Of a stretch of DNA of 64,000 nt, positions 47,147 to 56,441 are shown piece after piece (within the stretch, counting starts at the first letter, position 1; each line of letters opens with the position of its first letter). The notes beneath the pieces are model-generated. The model searched no databases, was not told where the DNA came from, and saw only the letters and a program-made list of their open reading frames with translations. The stretch is from Candidatus Omnitrophota bacterium (GTDB lineage Bacteria > Omnitrophota > Omnitrophia > Omnitrophales > Aquincolibacteriaceae), in the NCBI GenBank assembly GCA_022711115.1, contig JAKLFP010000001.1, forward strand, positions 5,183 through 69,182. The letters are read 5' to 3'. The translations under genes were made by a program, and so were the position numbers.

Positions 47147-47839
47147 TTATGCTTGCGCGGGATTTTCAATCTTCTCTCCCTTAAGGATCTCGGGCACAGG
47201 CTGCGCGTCGATACGAATCCCTCCGTCATGTTCGATTCGAAGGGTATAGATCGTGCCGGGAAGGAACATGGAACCGGGCGCTTCAATCTGGACATTCTTA
47301 ATACCGGCACGTTCGCGCTTTTGGGGATCAAGCGCATAACGCCAAAATTCTGTCCAAAGTTTTTTTTCAAATTCATTTTCCTCACCGACCACCTGGTAGC
47401 CGCCCGGGATTTCATCGGTTTTTGTAATGTCGAAAACCTGCGTGTTCGCGCCGGCAAGCACAAAAGCCTTCATGAAAAAATAAGCGCTTTTCCCGCGCAA
47501 CCGGTCCCCCGTTTCGACAAGCTTATCGGCAAAACGAACTACAAGCGATTGGAATTGAATAATATTGCCTTCGAATGTGAAAAATTTGGGTTCCAACGGC
47601 ATGCCTTGCGCGTCATATTCCAAGAACTTGATCGTAGTCTTAATCTTCTTCGTAGTTTCATCGTATTCACTCCGTGTGACCAGAACATCTGCGACACGGC
47701 TTTCCGCCGTCAGCCGTTCGACGACCTTGCGCAAAACACGTTCCCTTTGAATCCATTGATTCAACCCGAATCCGGCAAGCGCTACCGCAACAACTAATAT
47801 GCCTATGGAGATGATATTGAAAAGTTTTGTAGGTTTCAT
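47147..47839 (-). CDS. membrane-anchored hypothetical protein (single N-terminal TM)
   Basis: MKPTKLFNIISIGILVVAVALAGFGL... Start trimmed because the track ORF start (47896) runs into the tRNA gene. Confidence 0.5.
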   Translation of the reverse strand: MKPTKLFNIISIGILVVAVALAGFGLNQWIQRERVLRKVVERLTAESRVADVLVTRSEYDETTKKIKTTIKFLEYDAQGMPLEPKFFTFEGNIIQFQSLVVRFADKLVETGDRLRGKSAYFFMKAFVLAGANTQVFDITKTDEIPGGYQVVGEENEFEKKLWTEFWRYALDPQKRERAGIKNVQIEAPGSMFLPGTIYTLRIEHDGGIRIDAQPVPEILKGEKIENPAQA

Positions 47840-47866
47840 AAGTCCTGAATTTTTGATTTTAAAAAA

Positions 47867-47943
<77 letters not shown>

Positions 47944-48016
47944 ACTAAATCTTGTTGATTTAGTACGGCACCGTCGAAGCTCAACGAAGCTCCGTACGGT
48001 GACCGCATCTTATCAA

Positions 48017-48084
48017 GCCCGTAGCGAAATTGGATAGTTCCAATTGCCTGTTTGCCGATGTTTTGTGGCAGAAGCTACGGGCGC
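48017..48084 (+). other. tRNA-5'-half-like remnant (GCCCGTAGC-AATTGGATAG) closed by an inverted copy (GCTACGGGCGC); not a foldable tRNA
   Basis: 20/22 nt match to the first 24 nt of the adjacent tRNA-Arg but on the opposite strand. The 3' arm repeats the 11-mer GCTACGGGCGC found at 47933-47943. No anticodon or T arm can be formed. Confidence 0.4.
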
Positions 48085-48188
48085 TTATTATGGTGCTAAT
48101 CTTGGATGCCAGTCCTTTAGGACAGGTATATCTATACCTAAAAATGAAACGAGAGTATAGCAGAATTTCCTACAGCAGTCTCGGTGGA

Positions 48189-49436
48189 CTATGCTGCCGC
48201 AATTGCGTCTATTTTTGCAACTTGAGCACCCGGATAATAATAGCCGAGGATTTCCTGATAGCCGTAACCGAGTTCTCCGAGGTATTTCATCCCATATTGG
48301 CAAAGGCCGACACCGTGTCCCCAGCCTTTTCCCTTAAATATAAAAGAGCCCTCCGGGCCTTCTTTGATCTTTGTGATGAGACCACTTTTAAGACGCATGG
48401 GATCGATCCAGATCCGAAAAGCGTCCGCATCGACCGTCTTTTCCGCCCAAGTGCTTTGAATGATAATCGCATGGGCCCTTCCGGTACGATCGATTTTCCC
48501 GAATTTAAGGCCTAAAACCTCTTTGACAGGCACCCCGTTTTTTGCGAGTTTTTCCTTAATCTCCGCACGAGTCACTTTCGTTTGCCATCGATAGTGTGGT
48601 GACTTCTCGCAAAATTTACATTCCACACCGGTTAGCGCGGGATGCGACTTTACGGGCCACACCAGATTGGCGGCCGTCGTTGCGCCTCCGCAAGTTGAAT
48701 GAAAATAGGCCGGAAAAAGTTTATTGTTATACATCAGCACTTCACCCCGGGTCATTTCTATTGCCTGCGTCGTTCGGCTGTTCTCAATATTCCTGCCGAC
48801 ATAGACTTGACTTAAGACACCGGAAGAAACATCGTATTCTTCTTTTTGACGTTCGATCATTCGTGTCAATGCAAAAGTACGGGACACTACGGCCTGGGTT
48901 TTCAGTGCTTCCAAAGACCATTGTGGATTTCCTTCAAACGGAATCACGCTTTTCAAATAATCATCAAGGTCCAGTTTATTAACGATATCCAGCTTCCCTT
49001 TTGGATTTTTGCAAATCAGAATCATGTCCCGATAAAGTCCTTTGCCACCTACCCGGATACTGTTTTTTAAGCTTTGCACAAGAAGGAATCGCGTCGGGAT
49101 ATCTTGATTCCACCACCGAAGCCCCATAGCAAGGGGTTTGACAGACGCGCCAGAAAGTTTCGCCCCCTGGAAAATGGATCTTCCCTGATCATCATAAACT
49201 TTAAAGGGAGCCTCACAACTGACCTTTACTTCCGCTTTGTCGTGTAACACCAAGACGCGTATTTTGCGGAAGGATTGAAGATCCGTGGGCAAAGAAAATG
49301 AAAGCTCCTTTAGCGGTTCACTGGCATACGGAAACCCGGTGAAAAAAAAAGAAAAAAGAGTGACGCTTGCGATTAATTTAAAATTCCGGATGAGCATAAG
49401 AAATTTATTGTCACTAGGCATTCCTAATAACAACAA
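48189..49436 (-). CDS. SpoIID/LytB-domain protein (peptidoglycan amidase-enhancer family), secreted
   Basis: C-terminal GHGVGLCQYGMKYLGELGYGYQEILGYYYPG SpoIID signature. Signal peptide after MLIRNFKLIASVTLFSFFFTGFPYA. Confidence 0.75.
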   Translation of the reverse strand: MLLLGMPSDNKFLMLIRNFKLIASVTLFSFFFTGFPYASEPLKELSFSLPTDLQSFRKIRVLVLHDKAEVKVSCEAPFKVYDDQGRSIFQGAKLSGASVKPLAMGLRWWNQDIPTRFLLVQSLKNSIRVGGKGLYRDMILICKNPKGKLDIVNKLDLDDYLKSVIPFEGNPQWSLEALKTQAVVSRTFALTRMIERQKEEYDVSSGVLSQVYVGRNIENSRTTQAIEMTRGEVLMYNNKLFPAYFHSTCGGATTAANLVWPVKSHPALTGVECKFCEKSPHYRWQTKVTRAEIKEKLAKNGVPVKEVLGLKFGKIDRTGRAHAIIIQSTWAEKTVDADAFRIWIDPMRLKSGLITKIKEGPEGSFIFKGKGWGHGVGLCQYGMKYLGELGYGYQEILGYYYPGAQVAKIDAIAAA

Positions 49437-49610
49437 TCCTTCTATCTTTTAAAATATTAAAGGTCCCCTGGAAATAGATCTTGTTGCTTTCGATCACTAT
49501 GAAAAATTTCATAAATCAGAAAAAACCCGGCTTGTCTTTACCAATAAAAAATCAAGGTTAGAAAAACTATCGATGAAATGAAATCTCAGACAGCAATAAG
49601 ATACGGTTCA

Positions 49611-49653
49611 AAAAAAGAAACCGGTTGAATCTTTTGCAAGATCCAACCGGTTT
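49611..49653 (-). terminator. intrinsic terminator for the lipoprotein gene: GAAACCGGTTGGATCTT-GCAA-AAGATTCAACCGGTTTC followed by TTTTTTTG (minus strand)
   Basis: A 13-bp stem with one mismatch plus a U-run, read from the reverse complement. A second perfect 9-bp palindrome GTCAGAGAA-ATAT-TTCTCTGAC lies at 49664-49685, just after the stop codon. Confidence 0.6.
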
Positions 49654-49690
49654 CAGCTCAAGTCAGAGAAATATTTCTCTGACCGATTTC

Positions 49691-50185
49691 TTATTTTATA
49701 GCTTCCAGATATGATTTGAGCTTGGACCAGGTTTGACGGCCGCAAACACCATCTGCGTTCAAGCCATTATCCTTTTGAAAAGCACGAATGGCATCACGTG
49801 TCGCGGGACCAATCTTCCCATCAAGGGCACCATTGTAATAACCAGCTTTCTTGAGGGCTTTTTGAATATTGACTGAAGGCAATTCAAAACCCGAAGGTGT
49901 GCGATAGATCCCCTTGATCACTCCCTCTTCTTCTCTCAAACTGCCAATGGTAGATTCCGTAATTCCCAATTGACCTTGTAACTGGCTCTTCTTGGCTTCT
50001 TCGGCCTGAAGTGCCGCACGGGTATCCTGCAAGGATTGGTCCAAACGCACGAGTTCATCCGTCATAACGCCCATTTGCGCTTGGAGCGTATCCACTTTCT
50101 TACCTGTTTTCCTTGAGGCGCAACCACTCAAAGCGATCAAACCGACCATGACCAATACCATTGTGACACGCGAAGCTTTTCCCAT
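49691..50185 (-). CDS. lipoprotein with coiled-coil region and C-terminal peptidoglycan-binding domain (PG_binding_1)
   Basis: Lipobox LIALSGC, Gln/Leu-rich heptads, C-terminal GYYNGALDGKIGPATRDAIRAFQKDNGLNADGVCGRQTW. Confidence 0.6.
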   Translation of the reverse strand: MGKASRVTMVLVMVGLIALSGCASRKTGKKVDTLQAQMGVMTDELVRLDQSLQDTRAALQAEEAKKSQLQGQLGITESTIGSLREEEGVIKGIYRTPSGFELPSVNIQKALKKAGYYNGALDGKIGPATRDAIRAFQKDNGLNADGVCGRQTWSKLKSYLEAIK

Positions 50186-50336
50186 ATTTTTCTCCTGTTT
50201 GACATTTGCTGCAGTTTTTTAAAGAATTAATGCATTCGAAGGTGTTAGTTTATCAGATTGGATTTCCGAAATCAATGAGAAATCTGTAGAAATATTTCAA
50301 AGACACAAATCTTTTATCTTCTTGCAAACAATCCTT

Positions 50337-51161
50337 TTAAGAATTGACATCCGGTACTTGCTGAACCTCTTCGGATACGCGAATCGCAAACAACATAAAC
50401 TCTGTGTGTCCAATCATTCGTTGTACAGGCCGTGTTTTCCCGGCACGCGCGAGAATCTCTCGTTCCAGAAGTTCCCGGCTTTCAACACAAATGAACCCTT
50501 GTTCCCGAAGCGCCTCAGCCATTTTTTCAATTTGATTGAAGGTGGGGTTCAAACTCACAAGCCGGCCGCCGGGTTTGAGCGCTTGTTTGACCACAAGCAC
50601 TTCTTCCCATGGTTGCGGTATATCCAGGATGACCGCATCAAAATCCTTTTCCGTAAAAGGTTCGCTCGCCGTTCGCTGACAAAACGTCACGTAGGGGCTA
50701 AGACCGGCCCGCGCCACATTTTTATAAGCGTTCTTCGGAAGATCTTCGCGCCGGTCATAACTGAAAACATGACCGTTCGGCGCCACCGCCTGCGCGAGCG
50801 CCATGGTCAGCGAGCCGGAACCCGTCCCGATCTCCATGACCTTGGAATCGCTGCGGATACCGGCTTTCATAATGAGCAATGCGGCATCTTTCGGGTAGAT
50901 AATGCCACTTTCACGCGAGGCCTTCATCATGAGATCTTCCATGGTCGGTTTCAGAAGATAGGCGAACCCGTGCTCGCAAACGACTTTCTTTCCGAAAGGC
51001 TGACCAATCCAATCATCCGCAAGCAACGGCTTGCCGCAATGGATAGAGATGCGCTTCCCGCGCACCACATCGATCATATAGGTACGTTCATCATCGAACC
51101 AAAGAAGGACAAGATCTCCTTCCGCGATCAATCCTGTATTTTGAACCATATGCTCCATCAT
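50337..51161 (-). CDS. trmI: tRNA (adenine-N1)-methyltransferase TrmI/Gcd14 family
   Basis: N-terminal GDLVLLW beta-barrel domain plus the SAM motif VMEIGTGSGSLTMALAQAV and DAVILDIPQPW. Confidence 0.7.
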   Translation of the reverse strand: MMEHMVQNTGLIAEGDLVLLWFDDERTYMIDVVRGKRISIHCGKPLLADDWIGQPFGKKVVCEHGFAYLLKPTMEDLMMKASRESGIIYPKDAALLIMKAGIRSDSKVMEIGTGSGSLTMALAQAVAPNGHVFSYDRREDLPKNAYKNVARAGLSPYVTFCQRTASEPFTEKDFDAVILDIPQPWEEVLVVKQALKPGGRLVSLNPTFNQIEKMAEALREQGFICVESRELLEREILARAGKTRPVQRMIGHTEFMLFAIRVSEEVQQVPDVNS

Positions 51162-51180
51162 GTCCTTATGTCTTCCTATT

Positions 51181-52290
51181 TCATTGTTTAAAACCGTTTG
51201 GAATAAGTGCTTTCTTTTGTGAATCTAACAGATTATGCTTGATTAAGAAATCATAAAGATACCCCGCCATTAATTCATGCCCTTTTTTATTATAATGCTT
51301 ATCATATTCACCAAGGACAATCTCTTTTTTGGAAATGCCCTTCCGCGCCTCATAAAAATCACATTTGTTTTCTATTCCTAATTCATTCTGTATTTGAAGA
51401 GCTTTCTTGGTGAATTCCCCGCTGCTAACCCACGGAATACCGTATTGCTTTAAAAGATCCTTAATGTTACCCAGATGTACCTTGTAAGAATCATATCCCA
51501 GCATATACCAATAGCGCGATGGCACTTGCATGGGGTCACGAGAAGGATTAAAGCCTTTAAGCATTTCCGAGCGTTCAAGACCTGGGTAAGGATAAATAGG
51601 CTGGTTGTAGTAAAACATGCCTAAGACATGGTTTTTAAACCATAACCAAGCTTGCAATATTCCTTTGGAAACAAAAAAGGAAGTTTTCATTTGCATAAAG
51701 ATCCCGTCCAAAAATCTCAGGATCCCATGGATTAAATAGGATTGATTATAAAAAAAATTCATACGGGTCTGATTCGGCTTAATGAAATTGCAAAGGTGTA
51801 CATCGTTACCACAAAAAATCAAAACCACCAGATCAGGATGGAATGGCAGGACCTTTCTCCGGATCACCTCCGCTTCCTGCGAAGTGTTGTATCCTGGCAC
51901 GGAAAAATTAATAACCTCGAATTTTTGCCCCTCATCATTGGAATTCAATAACCGTTCCAAGACCTTTGGGAAACTATTTTCGGCTCCGACCTTCCACCCG
52001 AAAGACGTAGAATCACCGACAATCGCCATCCTAAAAATTGCTGGATTCTTTTGAACAGAAAAATAGCGGTCATTCAGCCCTTGGGAACTTATTTTTGCTT
52101 TTAAAGATTTGATTTCGTATCCGGGATAAAGCTCATACACAATCCGGTCATCGGGAGACGCCCGATAGCCTTCACAGAATAATTTAGGATTCAGGCGAAG
52201 TAGGATCTCACCGCCCATACCGAACAAAATGATAGCTCCGATGGAAACGCTTAAATTTAAAAGTGTATTTTTAAGCGAGGTGCTTACCAT
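51181..52290 (-). CDS. SGNH/GDSL-family hydrolase, membrane-anchored
   Basis: Block I AIVGDSTSFGW (catalytic Ser), block III FCGNDV. N-terminal TM LSVSIGAIILFGMGG. Confidence 0.6.
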   Translation of the reverse strand: MVSTSLKNTLLNLSVSIGAIILFGMGGEILLRLNPKLFCEGYRASPDDRIVYELYPGYEIKSLKAKISSQGLNDRYFSVQKNPAIFRMAIVGDSTSFGWKVGAENSFPKVLERLLNSNDEGQKFEVINFSVPGYNTSQEAEVIRRKVLPFHPDLVVLIFCGNDVHLCNFIKPNQTRMNFFYNQSYLIHGILRFLDGIFMQMKTSFFVSKGILQAWLWFKNHVLGMFYYNQPIYPYPGLERSEMLKGFNPSRDPMQVPSRYWYMLGYDSYKVHLGNIKDLLKQYGIPWVSSGEFTKKALQIQNELGIENKCDFYEARKGISKKEIVLGEYDKHYNKKGHELMAGYLYDFLIKHNLLDSQKKALIPNGFKQ

Positions 52291-52934
52291 TTTTTTTCAT
52301 GGGCGAGACGGAGAAGTTCTGAAAAATCGCTGACAAGATAATCCGGTTTAGCCTCACGCAGAACAGGTTCGGACACAAAACCGTGCGATAAAGTCACAAT
52401 CTCCACACCGGCATTCCGCGCGGCCTCAATATCGATCTGACTGTCTCCCACAAAAAGGGTTTCTGTCTCCGTCGCGCCTGTTTCATCCATTAAATGATGG
52501 ATGGCGGCCGGATCCGGTTTAAACGGCAGTCCGTTATCCCCTGCCAGAATCGCGATAAAATAATGTGCCACACCAAGCGCTTCCAAAATCTGGGAAGAAT
52601 AAGGATTGGGCTTGTTCGTGATGACGGCCTGCTTTCGATTTTTAAAATATTCCAGAAATTCCTTAGCGCCAGGATAAAGTTGCGTATGGTCCAACATGTG
52701 CAGTTTGTAATGTTCCCGATAAGTCTTAGAACCCTTGTCCGCAAGTTTTTCATCCTCGGTCCGAAAAACCTTTTTGATCAATGCGTGAAGGCCTGTACCC
52801 ACACAATCCTTGATCTCATCATCCGTCAGCTGGGGCCCGTTTAGGGTTTGGAGCGCATACCGCACGCTGTTGATAATATCTCGACGCGTATCCACCAGCG
52901 TTCCGTCTAAATCATAAAGAATCAATTTTTTCAT
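52284..52934 (-). CDS. HAD-superfamily phosphatase (phosphoglycolate-phosphatase-like)
   Basis: Motif I LYDLDGTLVDT. Motifs II-IV follow (VITNKP, GDSQIDIEAA). A 7-nt overlap with the SGNH gene start. Confidence 0.7.
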   Translation of the reverse strand: MKKLILYDLDGTLVDTRRDIINSVRYALQTLNGPQLTDDEIKDCVGTGLHALIKKVFRTEDEKLADKGSKTYREHYKLHMLDHTQLYPGAKEFLEYFKNRKQAVITNKPNPYSSQILEALGVAHYFIAILAGDNGLPFKPDPAAIHHLMDETGATETETLFVGDSQIDIEAARNAGVEIVTLSHGFVSEPVLREAKPDYLVSDFSELLRLAHEKKW

Positions 52935-53000
52935 TGGAAGGTTAACCTTTTTATAAATTGCTTTGATGAGGGCAAATGGCTGCGCGCAATGAGTCCGATC

Positions 53001-53780
53001 TTAAAAATTGATCACCTGTTTAAAAACCTGGGCTCCGATATGCGAGCTCCCGGTAAAGGGATAATCAAAAAGCAGGATCGTGAAAAGGATTAAAGAGATA
53101 ATAACGGCCAGCGTTGATGCCATAATAATATGCGCACCAAAACTATCCGCTCCGAAAAAAAATGTGAAACTGACAGTGGTCATGCCTCCGATAATCAGAA
53201 CAAACCAGAGCACGGGATGGACCCCTGGCCCCGACTCCACAATGCGCAACCGTCTCATTTCCCGCAAGTTTTCAAGTTTTTGTACGGATGCGGCAAAAAA
53301 TATTTTTTCTTTTTCATTTTTCGGGTCGTAACTGGTATAAAGAGACCATAGTTTTCTCAAGAGTTCGCGAGCCTGCATGCTTTCTTCCCCACGGGCGAGC
53401 ATTTCCCACTCTTCATTCACAACCGTATCCGCATAACCTTTCAAAAGAAGATGCGCCGTATTTTGAAAAGGTTGGGAAAAAGCAGCGCTGTTTCTGTGGA
53501 GGTCCACGAGAGAATTCGCCTCTGTTTCCGCGTAGTATTTGGCTTTATCAAAATTTTGCCAGGATACCACCACCACAAAAGCCAGCAGAACCGCGTAGGC
53601 TGTTGTCAGCGCGTTAAAAATCGCTCCGGTCAATTCGTTATGGGTTTTAAGAATCCGGCTCGGCGCGTACCGGCGCACAAGACTTAGTCCGATGATGGAT
53701 AACCCAACCGCTGTTATGATAATAATGATCCCAAGCGGTATGACGGGAATGCTCCATAATATCTTTTGACCGAACGGCAT
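53001..53780 (-). CDS. hypothetical polytopic membrane protein (possibly DUF4239-like)
   Basis: Hydrophobic N-terminal segments, central soluble region, C-terminal TM pair. Family name is from memory only. Confidence 0.45.
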   Translation of the reverse strand: MPFGQKILWSIPVIPLGIIIIITAVGLSIIGLSLVRRYAPSRILKTHNELTGAIFNALTTAYAVLLAFVVVVSWQNFDKAKYYAETEANSLVDLHRNSAAFSQPFQNTAHLLLKGYADTVVNEEWEMLARGEESMQARELLRKLWSLYTSYDPKNEKEKIFFAASVQKLENLREMRRLRIVESGPGVHPVLWFVLIIGGMTTVSFTFFFGADSFGAHIIMASTLAVIISLILFTILLFDYPFTGSSHIGAQVFKQVINF

Positions 53781-53846
53781 AAACCTTCCTTCATTTCCTC
53801 ATCGAAAAAAGCGGTCCGCTTGGGGGAATTCTTATAGCGTTTTTGA

Positions 53847-54338
53847 TTATTTAAAAAGCGTGTGGGTGATCCAGAGATACCAAGCTTGGAATTCACTGAC
53901 CTTTTGACGGATTCGTTTCTTTCCTTTTACGTCGCGAAAAATAAATTCCGTGTCTGTTATTTTGTCGATGCTTTCGTAAATATAATTCCCCACCTTAAAA
54001 GGCCATATGCCTTCAACCCTCGTCACTTGATATCTGATTCTATTTTCATCGATTTCGTATTTCTGGTCTACTTCGCTCGGTGATTTTGTGTCACTGATGA
54101 TAAAAAAGGACTTGAAGTGGCATGTTTTATCACTAGAAAATGTTACAATCTGAACCCCTTTGATGTCCTTATCGTCATATTCGATAAACCAGGTCCCTAG
54201 GATCTTTTCTTCGAACGGATTTTTGCCGGTACCCTTTGCCGGGAGGGTCGTGGCTGCGATGAGGAAAAAACAAGCTGCAAAACCAAAGATGCAGACTCTT
54301 TTCCGTAAAAAAGCACTCGAAGTTTTAGGCATTATCAC
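53847..54338 (-). CDS. secreted hypothetical protein (163 aa, signal peptide, beta-rich)
   Basis: Signal peptide CIFGFAACFFLIAATTLPAKG. No recognisable motif. Confidence 0.45.
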   Translation of the reverse strand: MIMPKTSSAFLRKRVCIFGFAACFFLIAATTLPAKGTGKNPFEEKILGTWFIEYDDKDIKGVQIVTFSSDKTCHFKSFFIISDTKSPSEVDQKYEIDENRIRYQVTRVEGIWPFKVGNYIYESIDKITDTEFIFRDVKGKKRIRQKVSEFQAWYLWITHTLFK

Positions 54339-54401
54339 TGTTTTTCCCTCCGATAAAAATCTGGTTATTTTCTATTTTTAAATTGAGTCGGTGAAATTGT
54401 T

Positions 54402-54821
54402 TTATTTCAAAAAATGAACAGCAAAATGAAGAATATCCATGGCGGTAATGATGCCGACCACTTTGTTCTCTGTATCAACCACCGGCACACAACCGTATTT
54501 TTTGTCCCACATCAGGGAAACAGCTTTGGAAATCGATTCTTCAGGAGAAAGTGATTCCGGCACTTTATGCATAACATCCCGCAAAGTATGACGACGAAGA
54601 ATCTCCTGATCGATAGGATCCTCCTCTTTGAGCCGTGAAGGCAGGATCCGATAAAGATCCCTTTGCGTGAACAGGCCCATCAACCGTCCTTCCCGATCCA
54701 CCACCGGAAGATGCCGGATCCCGTGTTTACGCATTTTCTCCTCCACCTCACTCAACAAAGAATCCTGTTGGACGGTAATCACCCTGGATTCCATCATTTC
54801 CTTGATCGGAACATTCAACAT
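54402..54821 (-). CDS. CBS-pair domain protein
   Basis: Two CBS motifs (VITVQQDSLLSEV...HGIRHLPVVD and HKVPESLSPE...KYGCVPVVD). 139 aa. Confidence 0.7.
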   Translation of the reverse strand: MLNVPIKEMMESRVITVQQDSLLSEVEEKMRKHGIRHLPVVDREGRLMGLFTQRDLYRILPSRLKEEDPIDQEILRRHTLRDVMHKVPESLSPEESISKAVSLMWDKKYGCVPVVDTENKVVGIITAMDILHFAVHFLK

Positions 54822-54952
54822 AAATCCTTTCTTGAAATAAAAAAGTATTTTAGTCGGTTAAAAGTTGAAAGCAAAACCTATTTTCTTCCCGCTGCAAACC
54901 CATTGCTTCATTTTTTACCGATTCCTAAAAGGAAAAACTCTGCCTTTTCCAT

Positions 54953-56347
54953 CTACGGCTTCCCCAAGATATCCATAAAAGTATCCGTAATGGCCGGATT
55001 GAATTGAAGCCCGCGGTTTTTTTTAAGTTCGTCGAACGCCTGTTGGCGGCTCAGCGCATCGCGGTACGGCCTTGTGGACGTCATCGCATCATACGCATCT
55101 GCCACAGAAAGGATTTGCGCAAAAATATTAATATCTTCTCCCGCAAGTTTGTCTGGATAACCTTGTCCATCATAGCGTTCATGATGCCCGCGAACAACTG
55201 CCAGCATTTCCGGATTCAAAAACACAGGTTTGAGAATATCTTCTCCGATAACCGGATGACTCCTGAGAATTTCCCATTCCTCGGGCGTAAGCTTCTCCGA
55301 TTTTCTGAGAATTTGTTCGTGAATGCCAAGTTTCCCGATATCATGAAGCAACGCCGTCTGGTGAAGCATCTCCATTTTATCAGGCGTAAAGCCCATCCGT
55401 TTGGCAATCTTGCAGGCGTATTCCGCCACTCTCTCCGAATGACCTCGCGTACATGGATCCCTGGCTTCCACGATCAACACTAACGTGCGGATGATCCCAT
55501 AAAAATATTCTCGATTCTTCCGATGCGATTCCCGAAGATCCTCCGCCATTTGATTAAAATCTTTTGAAAGCTCCGCGATTTCATCATGACCGAGGACTTC
55601 GATTTTATATTCCAAATCTCCCTGACTGACGCGGCGGATTCCCTCGGCAAGGAGCGCTATGGACTCCGTAATCTTTTTGGAAAACCACATCCCAAGCATA
55701 AGGGAAAGGCCCACTCCAAACAAAAACACTATCAGCACACGCTCGTGAATGGCTTTTCGCGTCCGATAAATATCAGAGGCCATCATATCCACACCGACAA
55801 TCGCGACAGATTTCCCCTGTTTATCCCGTATCGGAGCATAACCCGAAAGCATGGTTCCCCACTCGTCGGTCTGGATCTCATCTTCCGCCAATGCCTTGTC
55901 AAATGCCTTGATCATATTCGGAAAACGAGATGCGTCATAGAGATCACCCGGATAAGCCGTCGTAGAACCTTTTTTAGATAAGTATGGATCCGGGTCTACA
56001 ATAAACCTCAGGATGTTTTTTTGATCCGTTTTTTTCAAGATATAGATATAGCCCACACAAGGATTATTTTGTTTGATATCTTCCAGCTTCTCATAGAGAG
56101 ACAGATAGGCCGGATCCCGGACTCCGTCCCTGTTTAAAGGAACCGCTGTAACCATATCAGGGTCAATGGTCAAAGCGACAGCACTTGCAACGGCTTTTAA
56201 TTGATCCCGTAACTGCGCGAATTGGGCATGAATGGCGAATTGCTGTACGATCAGATTGCTTGCAAGCGCCATAAAAAACATGGCCATAATCAGGACAAGC
56301 GCAACCCGAACCCGAAAGCTCTCAAGAAAAACCCTTATTTTCTTCAC
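54953..56347 (-). CDS. membrane sensor HD-GYP phosphodiesterase (TM - periplasmic sensor domain - TM - HAMP - HD-GYP)
   Basis: The HAMP block is RVSQGDLEYKIEVLGHDEIAELSKDFNQMAEDL. The HD motif is LLHDIGKLG, and the GYP signature is GHHERYDGQGYP. Confidence 0.8.
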   Translation of the reverse strand: MKKIRVFLESFRVRVALVLIMAMFFMALASNLIVQQFAIHAQFAQLRDQLKAVASAVALTIDPDMVTAVPLNRDGVRDPAYLSLYEKLEDIKQNNPCVGYIYILKKTDQKNILRFIVDPDPYLSKKGSTTAYPGDLYDASRFPNMIKAFDKALAEDEIQTDEWGTMLSGYAPIRDKQGKSVAIVGVDMMASDIYRTRKAIHERVLIVFLFGVGLSLMLGMWFSKKITESIALLAEGIRRVSQGDLEYKIEVLGHDEIAELSKDFNQMAEDLRESHRKNREYFYGIIRTLVLIVEARDPCTRGHSERVAEYACKIAKRMGFTPDKMEMLHQTALLHDIGKLGIHEQILRKSEKLTPEEWEILRSHPVIGEDILKPVFLNPEMLAVVRGHHERYDGQGYPDKLAGEDINIFAQILSVADAYDAMTSTRPYRDALSRQQAFDELKKNRGLQFNPAITDTFMDILGKP

Positions 56348-56441
56348 GGTTTTTGAAGCCCTTTTTTATTTTTTAAAATAATACAGATGCTTTTTCAGGA
56401 AAGCCACTCGCTCACAGACATTTCCCGCACCTTTGGAAGAC

